DNA of 64,000 nucleotides from Bigelowiella natans CCMP2755 (Eukaryota; Protista; Cercozoa), in the NCBI GenBank assembly GCA_000320545.1, contig ADNK01001386.1:62001-126000 (forward strand). The letters are read 5' to 3'. The translations under genes and the position numbers were made by a program. Below are positions 41,980 through 54,938 of the stretch, piece by piece. Positions within the stretch are counted from its first letter, which is position 1, and the number at the start of each line of letters is the position of its first letter. The notes under the pieces are model-generated. The model did no database searches and had not been told where the DNA came from. It was given only the letters and a program-made list of their open reading frames with translations.

Positions 41980-43190
41980 CATAGATATACATATTTATTT
42001 ATATGAAACAGATATGCGCGCGCACGTATATCTATATGCTACTTCTGTACGAGCACGTTTGGGGATGGAGTAATGGACCAAAACGTGACGTTTCTATATA
42101 GAGAAAGAAAGGCAAAGATGGTTGACCGACCGATAGAAATCGCTGTGCTCATCAGTGAATTGCCCGGTGGACTGCACCCGAACCTTTGGAAAGAATGAAA
42201 CGAATAAAACAAAAAAGCGATTAGTCATGCAAACAACCTTGCAGAAATATCATGTAGGCAGTGTAATATAATAAGCACACACCCATTTGTTGTGGAATGT
42301 AGTTGCCGTCCCTTTAAACATATCCTCAAAGAGATTCACAAGCTTCGAATTTTCTAGCACAGATAAGACGTCCTGGAGAGTTGAACACGGTGCTTTGAAG
42401 AATGGACAAGAGAGACAATGCAAAAGGCTTAGTGATTAATATGGGGGAGGGAGTCTAAGTACTTTGTGGTGAGTAATCGGCCTGTATCCTGTGAGCAGGA
42501 AACCCTTACTGCAACAATAACAACCGTCCAGTCGTAAGCCAAACAAATAAACCAACATGGTGCATCAGGCAGCACCATTCAATTCTGCCATAGATTATAC
42601 GATTATTGCTGACCTAGTTCCTCTGATTTTGGCCTCTTTTACATCATGAGCCTTGGTGTCTACCACCTTCCATTCCTGATCCAGGGCGTTCACAACCACC
42701 TGCCGAAGCAAATATGTCACGTCAAGTCCATCCAAACCAAACCAGTTGTACCAACAAAGGCACCAACACTAACACCTAGCGTACTACCTGACGGGCTCCA
42801 AAAACCTTTTTTGGATCTAAAACACCACGAAGGAGAACGTAGCCGTCGCGTTGAATCGCTGGACAGAGAAACAAGGTGTGTCAAATCACAGTGGGGGGGG
42901 GGGGTTGCTATGGAGCAAATATGACCTTTCTTCAGAAGATCTGGCTCGCCAAGAAGCGCAGAGGAGTCAGGAATCTTTAGGAGCCTCTCGCCCGATTTGA
43001 GCTTAAAATTTCCTACTCGAATTGTTAAGCCCCTCTCCCACGCCTCAGTGTCTTCTCTCTCCCCCCCTTCTTTTTCTTGTTCTTCGACTTTCTCCATTTC
43101 GTTGTCCGTCTCGCTCGTTAGATGGTTGGGTTCATTTTCCTTGGAAGATGGCGGAGCACCTTCCTTCGAAGGTTGAGGAGGCGATTCCAT
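40985..43190 (-). CDS. Phytanoyl-CoA dioxygenase (PhyH)-family Fe(II)/2OG oxygenase, multi-exon
   Basis: FTDEHSDF (HxD), LYVCWIPLGDYTPLHGTLAVCDG-SHKL, WRTSSFKAGDILIMDIRTIHAS (distal His), FRISMDTRWQP. Confidence 0.88.
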
Positions 43191-43578
43191 GATGCAATCC
43201 TTCCTCCTGCCTCTTCTCCTCTGCCTGGTTCTCAAGCGGAAGGAGATTTCCCGATCGTCGATTACAACGTGCGACAACCAATATTTCATGTCGCAAGTAA
43301 AACTCTCCAGACATCTGGGGATTTTTTCAGAGGGTAATTTCTCGTGCAGTAACTTCGGAAAACAGAAGAAATAGTATGTCGTTGCAGGAAATACGGCTGT
43401 GTTTTTGCACTATCATCATCTGTCTGTACTAGGACAACTTCGTACAAATAATGTTTAAATATTCAAAACACTGCCCAAGAACAGGAAGGACAACAAGGAC
43501 TACAGGAAGAGGAAACAGCTGCTGCTGCTGCTGTGTGCGCACACGCTAGTAGTACACTCAGCTGGCTACCAGAACAAC

Positions 43579-46104
43579 ATGCGCCGGCAAATCACACTAC
43601 AGAATTCGCCGCCTTTGCTGCCATTCTCACTCGGCGTGCTACTCGTACATCTCGTTGCCGTGTCAGCTGCAGCTACTGGTGGTTACTAAAAAATTATTGT
43701 TGTTCAATCAAAGCGCTCAGATCATTTCAAAATTAAATATCCTTTGTAGGAGAATCTGAGAAACATGACATCGAGGTGAAACTTTATTCAAATACGCGGA
43801 CATCGCAACCCGAACGCGGATCCACAGTCCGTTTGCCGCTGAAAAACTTCTATGGAAGCGTTTGGACGACTTCCGTGGGAATCGGCAATCCTCCGAGGGA
43901 ATTTGATTTAATGATAGATACAGGATCCACTGATTCATGGCTCATGTCGCGCACATGCGATACGAAAGCTTGCAACGTCCACACCTTGTAAGTAGAAGCA
44001 CAGTACTTCTACATAGAAAATTGCAGTAGTAAGCAGTAGGAATAATATTATATGTTAGTAGTCATAGTAGTAGTAGTAGGTGTAGTAGTAGTAGTACTAG
44101 TAACCTTTAGTTGGTAGAAATACTGTATTAGTATAGTAATTGTTGTGGTAGTTGGTGGCAGCTAAGATTCCCCTCATAATTCTTCAAATGCAGTCTAAAA
44201 TTACTTCTGTATTTTACTTTCCTCCCCTCCTCGTTAGCGTCGTGACCTTTCTGATTATTAATCAATTTCCAATGTAATCAGATACGACACCTCCGACTCC
44301 GTGTCGTCGAATCTAATAGCTCACGACTTCAAAGTAATGTATACAACGGGCGAGGTAGTATTCTTTAGAATATGCACACATGCACGTAATTAGGTATATA
44401 TTAGTAGTTGTAGTAAAAATGATAACGATAATAGTAATATAATTTTGACCAAAAAAATATAAATACACGTATTGTATGCTTTGTTGAGGAAGTGTCGCCT
44501 ATCCACAGGTCACAGGACGGACGATCGAGGATGAATGCGTCTTCGGCGTGACTTTAGGAGACTCTGATGGAAATGGTGCTACTGGATCCGTTACACAATC
44601 ACCTGTCAAAATTAATTTCAGATTCGGCATAATCTCTGACCCTCCAATGACATTTCAAAAACGGTATAAGACCGATATAAAAATTATGATTACCACTCCT
44701 ACCATTGATCAAACACGTTGACAAATGACACAAGTGCGTATATGTGCAACTAACATTTCTTTGTGATTTGTTTCTACTACTGATACTTCTACTACTACTA
44801 CTACTACTCCTCTACTACTACTACGGTAGATATCGATGGTATCCTTTTGACGGCGTGCTCGCTTTGGGTAGTAATCACATAAATATCAAGAACAAAAATA
44901 AGGGGAACAATCAAGCGGTTGGAAGCTATCTCCGTATATCGCTGCCCATAAAGAGTTCTAGTAACAGTAGTGCTGAATGTATAAGATTTGCTGTTTCAAT
45001 TGTTGGAGCTGTAGACTGGCGCTCTAATGGACAACATCGACCCATAACACTCAGGAACAGGATTGGATAGCGAGGAGTCGAAAGCGTCCCCACTGAGTCT
45101 TTTAGGCAGTATATGGAAACAAGCTAAAGAAGGCAGTGTGCACAACGACGACAAGAATCTGTCGTTATTTAAAAAGCGGGAAGCTGCAGAGCACGATGAG
45201 GAGGAGTTTGGGGGCATGTTCTCTCTGTACTTTTCGCGAGGAAAAGGAAAGAGTGTACGAGGAAAGAGCGAGCTTATCATTGGTGGTCCCGACGACAAGC
45301 TTCATGAAGGCAGCATTCACTACATCGGAGCTAAAAGGCCCATGGAGTTTTGGAGCCTGAGAATTCGTTCTATGAAACTCATAGGAGTTCGGACAGAGAA
45401 AGAGACTGGCCATCATCAAGAGGAGGAAGAGGAACAGAGACCGCCGTTTGTAAGTGATGAAACGGATGAGAATGAGGATAGAGGAGAGGTACAGCATCGA
45501 CGACGACGACCAGGAGGGGCAACAATTAAGTCCCAGAAAATAGAATGGTGCAATGACAAAGGAGATGACTGCACGGTAATAATCCGACGATAGGATGAAC
45601 GAGCAATGCTACTACTATTTACATGTATGCGCTATAAACATACGCATGCCCACGAAACACATATAACGCACACGATGTTAGAATATTTTCCGTATGAGTT
45701 GACTTTACCACTAGCATCATCTGTCTACAGTCTGCATGTTATTCGAAGGGGTAGGATGGAGAAAAATACCCAAGACAGAGTTTCTTTGAGAATCATCAAC
45801 AGCATATAAGAGCAGGCTTCCTCATGTTTCATTTCCTATATCCTTATGATAAAAAAAGGCTGTATTCGACACGGGATCATCCCTTCTCTCTGGTACGGAG
45901 TTTTATCCCAAATTTGTAAACAGATACGGACAGAAAAAGATAGAAGAAGTGAGAGAGAAAAGGAGAGAGGTTTCGAGACTTAAAAATCTCAACGTTTCAC
46001 TTGGAACCCTGCAATCCAACCCTCTCTTAAATGATTTTGGCATTTCAGCGGGTTGCTTCCAATTGAGCTGATTCTGTTCCCACATTATTTATGCGCGCGC
46101 GCGC

Positions 46105-46139
<35 letters not shown>

Positions 46140-47161
46140 CTAATAAAATTGATACATGTTGCTACTTAGGTCCTAAGGCGATAGTGGATAAAATCCTGCT
46201 GAAAAACATAAAGGTACACCCTGTTCTCCTTCTTCTTCCTCTTCTTCTTCTCTCTTTCACATTCAGCATCTTCCTAGCTTATGTAAATATGTAGCGTTGG
46301 ACTATGCAGCTTACAGCCGTAGTAGTCCGGAGACGAAGCAGTACTAGAAGCGTGCTTATATATCGACCATAAATCAAATATGTAGATTCATTATGTAATT
46401 GTGTACTAGCCCACAACCATAAGTGTGTCATCGTCATCGTCGTCATCGCCTTTTTGTTGATTACAGTATTTCATGCTTTACCTGCTCTATTCTTCTCTAT
46501 TCTGTATCTTCTTCATCAGCCTCTAAAACCTTTTGTTCTTATTATGATCTCTTAGGTGCCTGCGAACTGCTCAAAGGTGTCATACCTTCCTGATATCGAG
46601 ATCGAAGTCACTGGTAACTACGAAGATAGTTGGTTTCCTTTGTGCCTGAACTTGCCTATGTAATGGTGGTCATTTTTCCGGTTGATGTTTTGTGGAATAA
46701 TATCCGATGTTTCACCACGTAAAAAGATCGATGATGAGAAATGGGCTATGATGAGAAATGGGTTTCATCAGTTATTCGTAACCGTCACTTCTTCGTGTTA
46801 ACTATTTAAAAGGGTCAAAAAAGGACGGAGGTGGGGAGGAGAATTACAAAATCCTCCTCGAGCCTGAAGACTATGTCATTCGTGTACCTGTTGCTCACAA
46901 AAAACAGGAGGCGTGCTACTTAGGGTATAAATTTTAACGATTCGTCTTAATCATCGTTTGAGTAGATAGTATATCTGTAAAACAATTACAATAGAAATGC
47001 TAATTGTAAAATCTTCAAATGTTGCGATACTCAGAATTACCTCGCACAAATTCCCGGAGAGCATGGGTAGCTTGTGGGTGCTGGGGAACCGATTTCATCG
47101 TAAATATTATACAGTTTTTGACCGACGGAGAGAGAGAATAGGGCTGGCAATAGCCAAATAG
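43579..47161 (+). CDS. Pepsin-like (A1) aspartic protease, secreted, multi-exon
   Basis: Signal peptide; VGIGNPPREFDLMIDTGSTDSW (first DTG), FDGVLALG, ELIIGG, AVFDTGSSLLSG (second DTG), WVLGNRFHRKYYTVFD..RIGLA; TAG 47159-47161. Confidence 0.95.
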
Positions 47162-47479
47162 TCTTTTATCGAGAAATTCTGCTTCGATTCATGTCCAAAA
47201 TTACAGTGGACAAACATGATGGAGTTTCTAGAGTGTGCGATCTATTCATTGCCTGTGAGTGTCACCTCTCTGTGCAATTACCACTCTAGCCTATGCGGAA
47301 CAATTACTGCGTCAATGTGGTCATAATGTCCTTACCTTAATCTGATGCCTGCACTTGCAATATAGCAACGTGTCGCAGCGCATGTGACACATGGCACGAG
47401 CTGAACGCGTGCATGGCGATCGAAACGTTGATCAGAAATGGTGAAATAGCGTCAGCTGAGTTCTAGCGCTGCAAAAATA

Positions 47480-48199
47480 CAGATTGCGCTGCCATGTGCA
47501 ATGAGGCCATCACATTCATGCCACGTTCACAAAGTGCACTGTTTGTGCACAATTTGACACTTGTCAACGTCAGTTCGCTAGTTCGCCCCACTCGCACACG
47601 ACGCAGAGTGGTGATCATCAGGATTGCACGTGAGACGCATGGCAATCGTCAAGACTTGTTTTGCAGTTCTCTTTCGGAGGCAAGTGCAAAGCAGGGAGGC
47701 TGTGCCGAACGTTTGTCAAACCTGTGGTCGACAAAAGTCCGCCGGGGCTGCATGTCCATTTGGCTAGCTCCAGAGCTCTGGACAGGCAGCTGGATTGGAG
47801 CGCTGGGTGCGTCGAAGACCAATTCTGACGATGACGCAACGCGCAGAAACAATCGCGCCCGCATGAATGCAACATTGACAACCGTGGTGGTGGAAAATGC
47901 AAGTTTACAATCATTGGGGTGCGGAGACAAAGGTGAAAACGCTGTCTGATGTTGTGCTTCGCGCAGAATTCCCTCCATCACGACGCTTCTTGTTTCGCAC
48001 GTGAATGAAAGAAATGAATGAGTGAGTGAAGCGGTTCCACAGGAGCGGCTGAAAGAATCATGGGTCACGCTGATGCATCCGTGACCTCCCCAGCCAACTA
48101 GAAACATGTGAAACGTGTTCAGCGATGTGGAGGCGGTTGGAAGGATCGAGCTCTCTCTCGTGCCAACCTTGCTCCTTGTCGTCATCCCATGATCACAGG
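47480..48199. other. TpA-depleted intergenic island downstream of the aspartic protease
   Basis: 720 bp with 4 TpA, 3 of them in CTAG (manual count). CpG is frequent. Confidence 0.9.
48001..48086. promoter_or_regulatory. (TGAA/TGAG)n tract + GGTCACG...CGTGACC inverted repeat
   Basis: ggtcacg (48063-48069), loop ctgatgcatc, cgtgacc (48080-48086). Parallels 25220-25292. Confidence 0.45.
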
Positions 48200-48519
48200 T
48201 ATTTCTGCCTGGAAATTGTGTCGCGAGTGCGAAACTAGCCCATACGGGATATTTAAGGTTGTCGCATGGAATAAAACGCCCTGAGTCTCCATGGCTGATG
48301 CGCGTTTGGTAGCAGAGTGTTTGTCTTAATGCAATGGAAGAAGAAGGCTCGCTCCCCTCCTCAACCTCAATGCAGTAGTGGTTAGTCACGAACCAGCTCC
48401 AATAGGAAGAAGAAGAAGAAAGAGAACGAGAAGAAGAAACCAAAGCAGGTCCCACACTCCCCCTCTCATTCAGAGAAGGAGGTGAAACGAGGGCATCCAG
48501 TCTGTCAGCTGCTTCCACA

Positions 48520-49546
48520 ATGGTGGTCTCTCCAGTCGACGGTATTTCAGAAGATTCACAGTTGTTTTTTTTTGTTGCGTGGGGACAAGGGCAGACCGAG
48601 CACAGACCTCAAGGATGTATACAGTGTGATTAGTCTACATTATTATGGAGGGAAAGTGTCGGGAAAATGTTTCAACGCCATGATATTTATGAAATTTTAA
48701 TGTTAATTTTACAACGGTACGTAACGAATCAATTGTCCTGTTAGATGAATACAAACTAATTATTTGTTAGAACTCACAATCCTGCGTGTGAAATTTTTAG
48801 GTATACTCCTCGCTTTTGCACTCCTCGGATCCTTATCAGCTCTGTACATGATATGGAGAAATTGTTGTCGCTCCACCAACACACACGCAGCGGCCTACGA
48901 GGTGCATTCGTCTTTATTTTTAATATTTGAAAACGCAAAGCATGTACTGATACCTGTATTTCTTCCTCTTCCTTCTTTCTTATCATATTCCTAAGTAGAG
49001 TTGATTGAACGTTGCCATTCTTCCAATCTAGCACTTGTTCCGTTTCATCTTTTAAAAACCATCATCATCATCTCACCACCATGTACTACTATCACTCACA
49101 GATGGCTGACCAATTGGACCCCGATGAACTCAAGCTGCAACAAATACTTGATGACTCACCCATGACCTTCTTCGACGAAGGCTCCGACCCCGAGCAAGGC
49201 GGCGCCGGGGGCGGTACAGCAGCAACAAATCGGAAGGTTGGTAGACAGCCCTCCAGTAATGAAAATAATGCATTTTGCCTCAGTTTTGTCTTTCAACGAT
49301 GGATGGATGATTTTCTTCATTGTCACTATTCTTTAGCAATACTACGGTAACTTTGGCGATATCGAGCAGGACAGCGATGAAGAAAACGAGCTGGGAAGTG
49401 ATGGTGAATTGGAAAGTGATGAGGAGTTAAACAATGTAGATGTAGATAAATTAGAGTCAGAGCTTAATAATGGAGGAGAGGACGACGACGATGCCGGCGA
49501 CTTAGATGGAGATCTGCCCGAAGATGCGGAACTAAATAATGAGTGA
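48520..49546 (+). CDS. Small single-pass membrane protein with a very acidic C-terminal tail, unknown function, 4 exons
   Basis: MVVSPVD|GILLAFALLGSLSALYMIWRNCCR..AAAYE|MADQLDPDELKLQQILDD...|QYYGNFGDIEQDSDEENEL...NNE*. All introns are GT-AG and in frame. Confidence 0.72.
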
Positions 49547-49699
49547 TGAACTACCGCCGCACCTTATTCCTTCTCGTGTCAAAAGGTTCGTTTCAAAAAA
49601 AGAAGCAGCATGATCTATTATCCCCCACATTAGATGTAGAAAATGTTTGCCAATAATAACAGTATACTCCACTCTCATAACACCCCTGTGCTCTTGGGC

Positions 49700-50210
49700 C
49701 TGCAGTCCTGCAATATGCAATAAGCACTCGCAATGAGATGGGCAAGCAGGCTGTGGTTTCCAATGCAAGCACGCGCAGCATGCTTAAAGCCATAAAGGCT
49801 ATAGGTCTGTACAAGCATGATCGAGATGTGTACGCACGTGTACATCGTGGTAGCTGCATGTGTACGTACATGCTAAGACTGCACAGATGTTGTCGCTATC
49901 CATTGTGCTAGTAGCGATAGCATGCACATACAACAGCCGTCCAATGTGATATGTTAAAAATATGGCGCCATTGTGCGACGATAGCAGCCTGCGCTATTTC
50001 ACATGTCACAGCATCGAAGCGCCGCTTTATGATATTCGCATTTGTCACTGTGTTGTGGGATGTACGCCAATCTAACTAGCTAACTATGCTCAATGCTGTA
50101 CGCAAAGGTGTTGGCAAGAGTATGCATACACAGCATAAATCCATACATGATTTTTGTCATTACATAGAAACCGTTGATTCATTAACTATAGTTACATGTG
50201 CAGCACGTAT
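49700..50210. other. Convergent 3' spacer, TG/CA-rich
   Basis: Examples: gtacgcacgtgtacatcg, gcatgtgtacgtacatgc, gcatgcacatac. Conversion is partial. Confidence 0.55.
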
Positions 50211-50358
50211 CAAGAAATAATAATACGACGTACTGGCTATCGACGGTGTATAATTAGTTCATCAGTGAAAGCAGCACCAGCTCGATACTAGCGATTATGA
50301 TCGCGACTAGTCGCGCGACAATAATCATTACTCTCCTCTTATCCTATTTAGCTTTCTC

Positions 50359-51452
50359 CTATTCCGACTCACGTGAGAGGATGGGCACACTGACTGTCTT
50401 TCCTCCAGTCATATATGTGCCAGATACTAATCCTGAGAGGAGGAAGAGTAAGAAGGCAAAGAGAGGGGGAAGACGATGGTGTTGATGAGATGATGATGTT
50501 TTGATAACTATATGATGAACGATCGATGTTTACCACCACCACAACGATGGTCACCACTTAACTCACACGTGGAGAAAAACAAGTAGTCGTTGGCAGATAT
50601 CATTGCAGTGTGTGCATGAATAATCGTGGATCATATAATTACCATTGATGAATCCATAACACGCATCGCACACCATGCTGCCCTTCTTCTTGCCGCCCAC
50701 ACTTGCGCGTTTGGATCGACACTCTCCACACACATTATCCTGAAATGACCATTACTCAAAATGCATCCTGCGTTTTCTAACTTTCATATCGTTCGTCCAT
50801 GGCGGTGATGATGATCATGATCAGATTTAGTCGTCATTTATCTTACCCTGCAGTAATTGCACTGTTTCTTGTGGCGGTACAGCTTGGAGAAAGGACGAAT
50901 GCACAATTTGCATCCCTGCACTACCTTGCTGTCACCCTAGAAAACACAAAAATAGCGACGACGACAAGAGCAACATGAATACAGGGGGGGGGCAGAAGAG
51001 GGATGGGGGGGGGGAGGGGATAGCGGGATGACGAGGACATGTGACATGTTGACTATGTTATCGTCAGTATGTTGGTAGCTAGCATGCATGCATGAAAGAA
51101 GGAGAAGAAGAAGAAGAAGTAGTAGTGACCTTTCCAAAAAGGTCCATCTCGGATGTTGCGATCCACGACGACATGACCTAATAACAACAGCGACCATAAT
51201 AATTAATAATACAGATGGTGGGCATGCTTGCCATAATCATCGTTGCTAGTAGGCTGTTGGCACATGATCGCCATCGCTGCTACGCTTAAGGAGTACATTA
51301 GTAATAGCAGTTGTAGTAGCAGTAGTACCTGCAGGTTGTTGGACGATTCTAGGTCGGAGTTCTTACTGTCTCCTGGAATTATTTGAATTGTATTAGTCAC
51401 CATCTGCGATTATTGATAATAGGCGATATCCAATACGAATACCTCTTTTCCA

Positions 51453-51507
<55 letters not shown>

Positions 51508-51571
51508 CACACACACGAGCACACATGAGACTGTAGTCTATGTGCCACGTTTCATCGTGTTTTGACGTGCT

Positions 51572-51606
<35 letters not shown>

Positions 51607-51754
51607 TTGCCAATTTGATTACCCTCGCTCATCTGATCTTGCTGTGTCTGAAGGTACGCCTTTCGAGCAACACCAAAGCGAAGAAACCCATTCATTATTA
51701 CAACGAATCGATTTGCACACCACAAGTGATACACAAATACGATACGATATGTCA

Positions 51755-51810
<56 letters not shown>

Positions 51811-52356
51811 ATAAAATCATGCTTCAACAAGCTTAGTCATTCACAACGAAGCCCAAAATAGCGTCATATATTCGTTTTGCGTAATGTCGGGTGGGTAAGA
51901 TCTCCTCGTCGTACATGACTAAGTATACTCCTCCCCTTCCACTACACCAGCTAGGGTATCATATCACTTGGCGGCCTTTGATGCACAATTGTTGAAGAAC
52001 ACGGTGTTACCTGTCGGCGGCGCATGACTTCCTCGATAACCTCCACTATTGCATTGATCCACCTAGTTGATGTGGGTGTTGATGAGACACTCACAACACT
52101 TATATCTCCGCATGGTGCTGGAAGATAACACTATACTACTTCTGCTGATGCTAGTGCTGCATGGGGGTAGGGGGGGGGGGGGGGGGAGGAGATGTCCGAC
52201 AGCAAAGAAAAATCAAACATTCTTGCTGCTTCACTAGCACGTCTACGTTTGACCAGACATCATCACAATATCACTAAGTAGAACCTAGATTTTTGTGCAG
52301 CATCCTTGCATGACATCAAGAACGACTTCTGAGGAGACGATACCTGAGGGGAGACG

Positions 52357-52400
<44 letters not shown>

Positions 52401-52695
52401 AATCGATCGCTGTTTCACGTTTGTATATGATCTTTTCTAGGATGCTACAGGTGGGGGGGGGGGGGGGGGGAAGTTCACCGACGTATTTTTTTAACTTGAC
52501 ACACACACACACACACACACACGCACGCACACACGTACAAACAAAAAAAAATGTGTATAGAGAGCGAGAGGGAGGGGGTGGATGGAAATAGAAGCATAGC
52601 GAGGACCTTGAAAAGATACTGATGCTTGACGCCTTTGATCATTCGAGGGACGATAACGTCGACGATCCGTGCCAGAGACAAATGCAGTACCTGGA

Positions 52696-52755
<60 letters not shown>

Positions 52756-54896
52756 TGTTTGAGTGTAGGTAATGGTAGTAGCAGCAGCAGTAGTAGTAGT
52801 GGTAGGGGTAGTAGTATTATCGTATACAGCAACCTGATGGACGTTGTAAGAACGGCCTTTTTGCTTTGCATAGATCAGCAAGTCCGAGAACAAGAAGAAG
52901 TCGTATTCCTCCCTAGTAGTAGTAGCAGTAGTAGTAGTTTGTGTTGTTTTGTTGTTGTTGTCATTGCAAACAAAAGAAGCAGTAGTAGTAGCAGATAGAT
53001 CACATCAACATCCTGATCATTCTGGGTGTCAATATTGTTATTCATATCATGTCAGGCAATCAACCTGACCCCCCCCCCCCCCCCCCCTCTTTATACTACT
53101 ACTACTACTGCTACTACTACTACTACTACTTTTTGTTCGTCCTGTCGGAGATCTTGGTGAGTTTGTCTTGAAAGATAAACTTGCGCGTAGGCTCGATGAG
53201 GATGATGTCGTTGCCAAAGCTGCTCTGAAGCTCGGTCAGCACCTACAACAACAAAGGAAGTAACAGTATAAGGATGATGATGATGATGAAGAAGAAGATG
53301 ATGATGAGGAGAGTTATTATATTCGGGCGCGGAAAGCAGAAGTATCTATGCTCTATTTGACTTTGCTGCTGTGTGTATGTATGCGGTTTAAGTTACCTGC
53401 TGCTCTTTGTCGTGTGCAACTCGGGATTTCGTCTCCTCGACGACTATTTCACAAGTGGTCGTTTGCTGGTTAGATCTCGTGTGCATTGTATCATTCATGC
53501 AGTGAAAGAAGAAGAAGAAGAAGAAAAGAGTGACATCGAAATGCAGACTGCCGTTCGTTTCCATTCATCCTCACCATCAATATCATCATCATCATCATAA
53601 TCATTATCGTGGCCATCATAACATTCTTTTTTTTACTCTGGTCTAGCATCGTCAATGCCTTCTCTTGATTACGCTTAACCTGAGAAGGAAGAACCAGCAG
53701 CAGCAGAAGTGAGGGAACAGCTGTTGTTGTTCTTGTTGATGATGGCGATGATGATAATGTAGAGAATAATCCATTGTAGTAGTAAAAACCCTTGTCGCAA
53801 TCACCAATCTCCTCCCCCCCACCACCACCATCACTGTGCTACTAGTATGCGCACCTGCATGTTGAGGCGGCGGTACCAAAGAGCTCTTTCATGCTCGTTG
53901 TTCGCCAACCGCATAGCGAGGGTCTTACCCTTCCTTCGCTTGCTGTTGGGCGCCTCCTCCTTTTCCTTGGCTCTTTCTACCTCAACGAAGTGCAGCTCGG
54001 CGAGAATCCGGAGAAAGGCCTGCGTTGGCAATGTATCATCATCATCATCGTCGTCGCCTTCATTAGCACTAAAAAACATGGAAAAATCTTCTCACACTAC
54101 TCCCCCCCCCCCCTCCCGCTCTCCTGGAAGATACCTTCCTCTCCGTCTCTTGCTGCAAGCGAATGCCCAGTCGGGTTCCATGGCGCACACCGTCGATGCA
54201 CAAATGCACAACCTCCACCTAGCAAACCAACCACGTTTATCATAGCAAAAGTAGTCAGGAACTGTTCGCATTATCTCATCATCCGTAACTACAGCGCGGG
54301 GTGAGAGGAGCACCACTACCGTCTTATTGCTTTTTAGAACGGCATCGATTGTAGAAGCAACCTACCAACACAATGAAAGGGGAACACGAGCAGCACATAA
54401 TAGGAGGACAATGGGGTCAGCTCAATCGCGAGTACTATGGGAATCATTTTAATGAAAGAATCCCCCACCCCCACCCCCACTCCCCGACATTTTGTGGATG
54501 CATTATTAAAAACAAATCAGCATGGTTACCCCCCCGCCAAACACGACAACACGTCGCAAGGATATAAATTATCGGGATCTGATTTGAAAATAGCTGCTCT
54601 TGATGACTTACCAGCCACCAGCATACGTCATAAAGGCCCTTTACTATTGTTGGAGACTTTGAAGATCTGAGCAAATCGTAGACCATTTGAAAGTATTATG
54701 TCGTCGCTAATCATGAGAGGCTGTGCAATATATGTGTGTCACAACAACATCATCTCATTCTCGTTGGCTTCTTCTTCTTCTTCTTCTTCTTCTTCTTCTT
54801 CTTCCTCTTCACAGCATAGGAACAACGCCGCTTACCGATACGTTTGAAAGATCAATGCGGTATTGGCGAGCTCAATTTCGGCCTGATTTAGCCCGT

Positions 54897-54938
<42 letters not shown>

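Noticed and set aside
48063-48101. Helitron 3' end (hairpin followed by CTAG)
   Set aside because: CTAG is followed by A rather than T, CTAG is common in these islands anyway, and no 5' TC end or Rep/helicase remnant is recognisable.
47649-48518. 289-aa ORF as a real gene
   Set aside because: No recognisable domain. Its length is partly explained by loss of TAA/TAG stops in TpA-free DNA.
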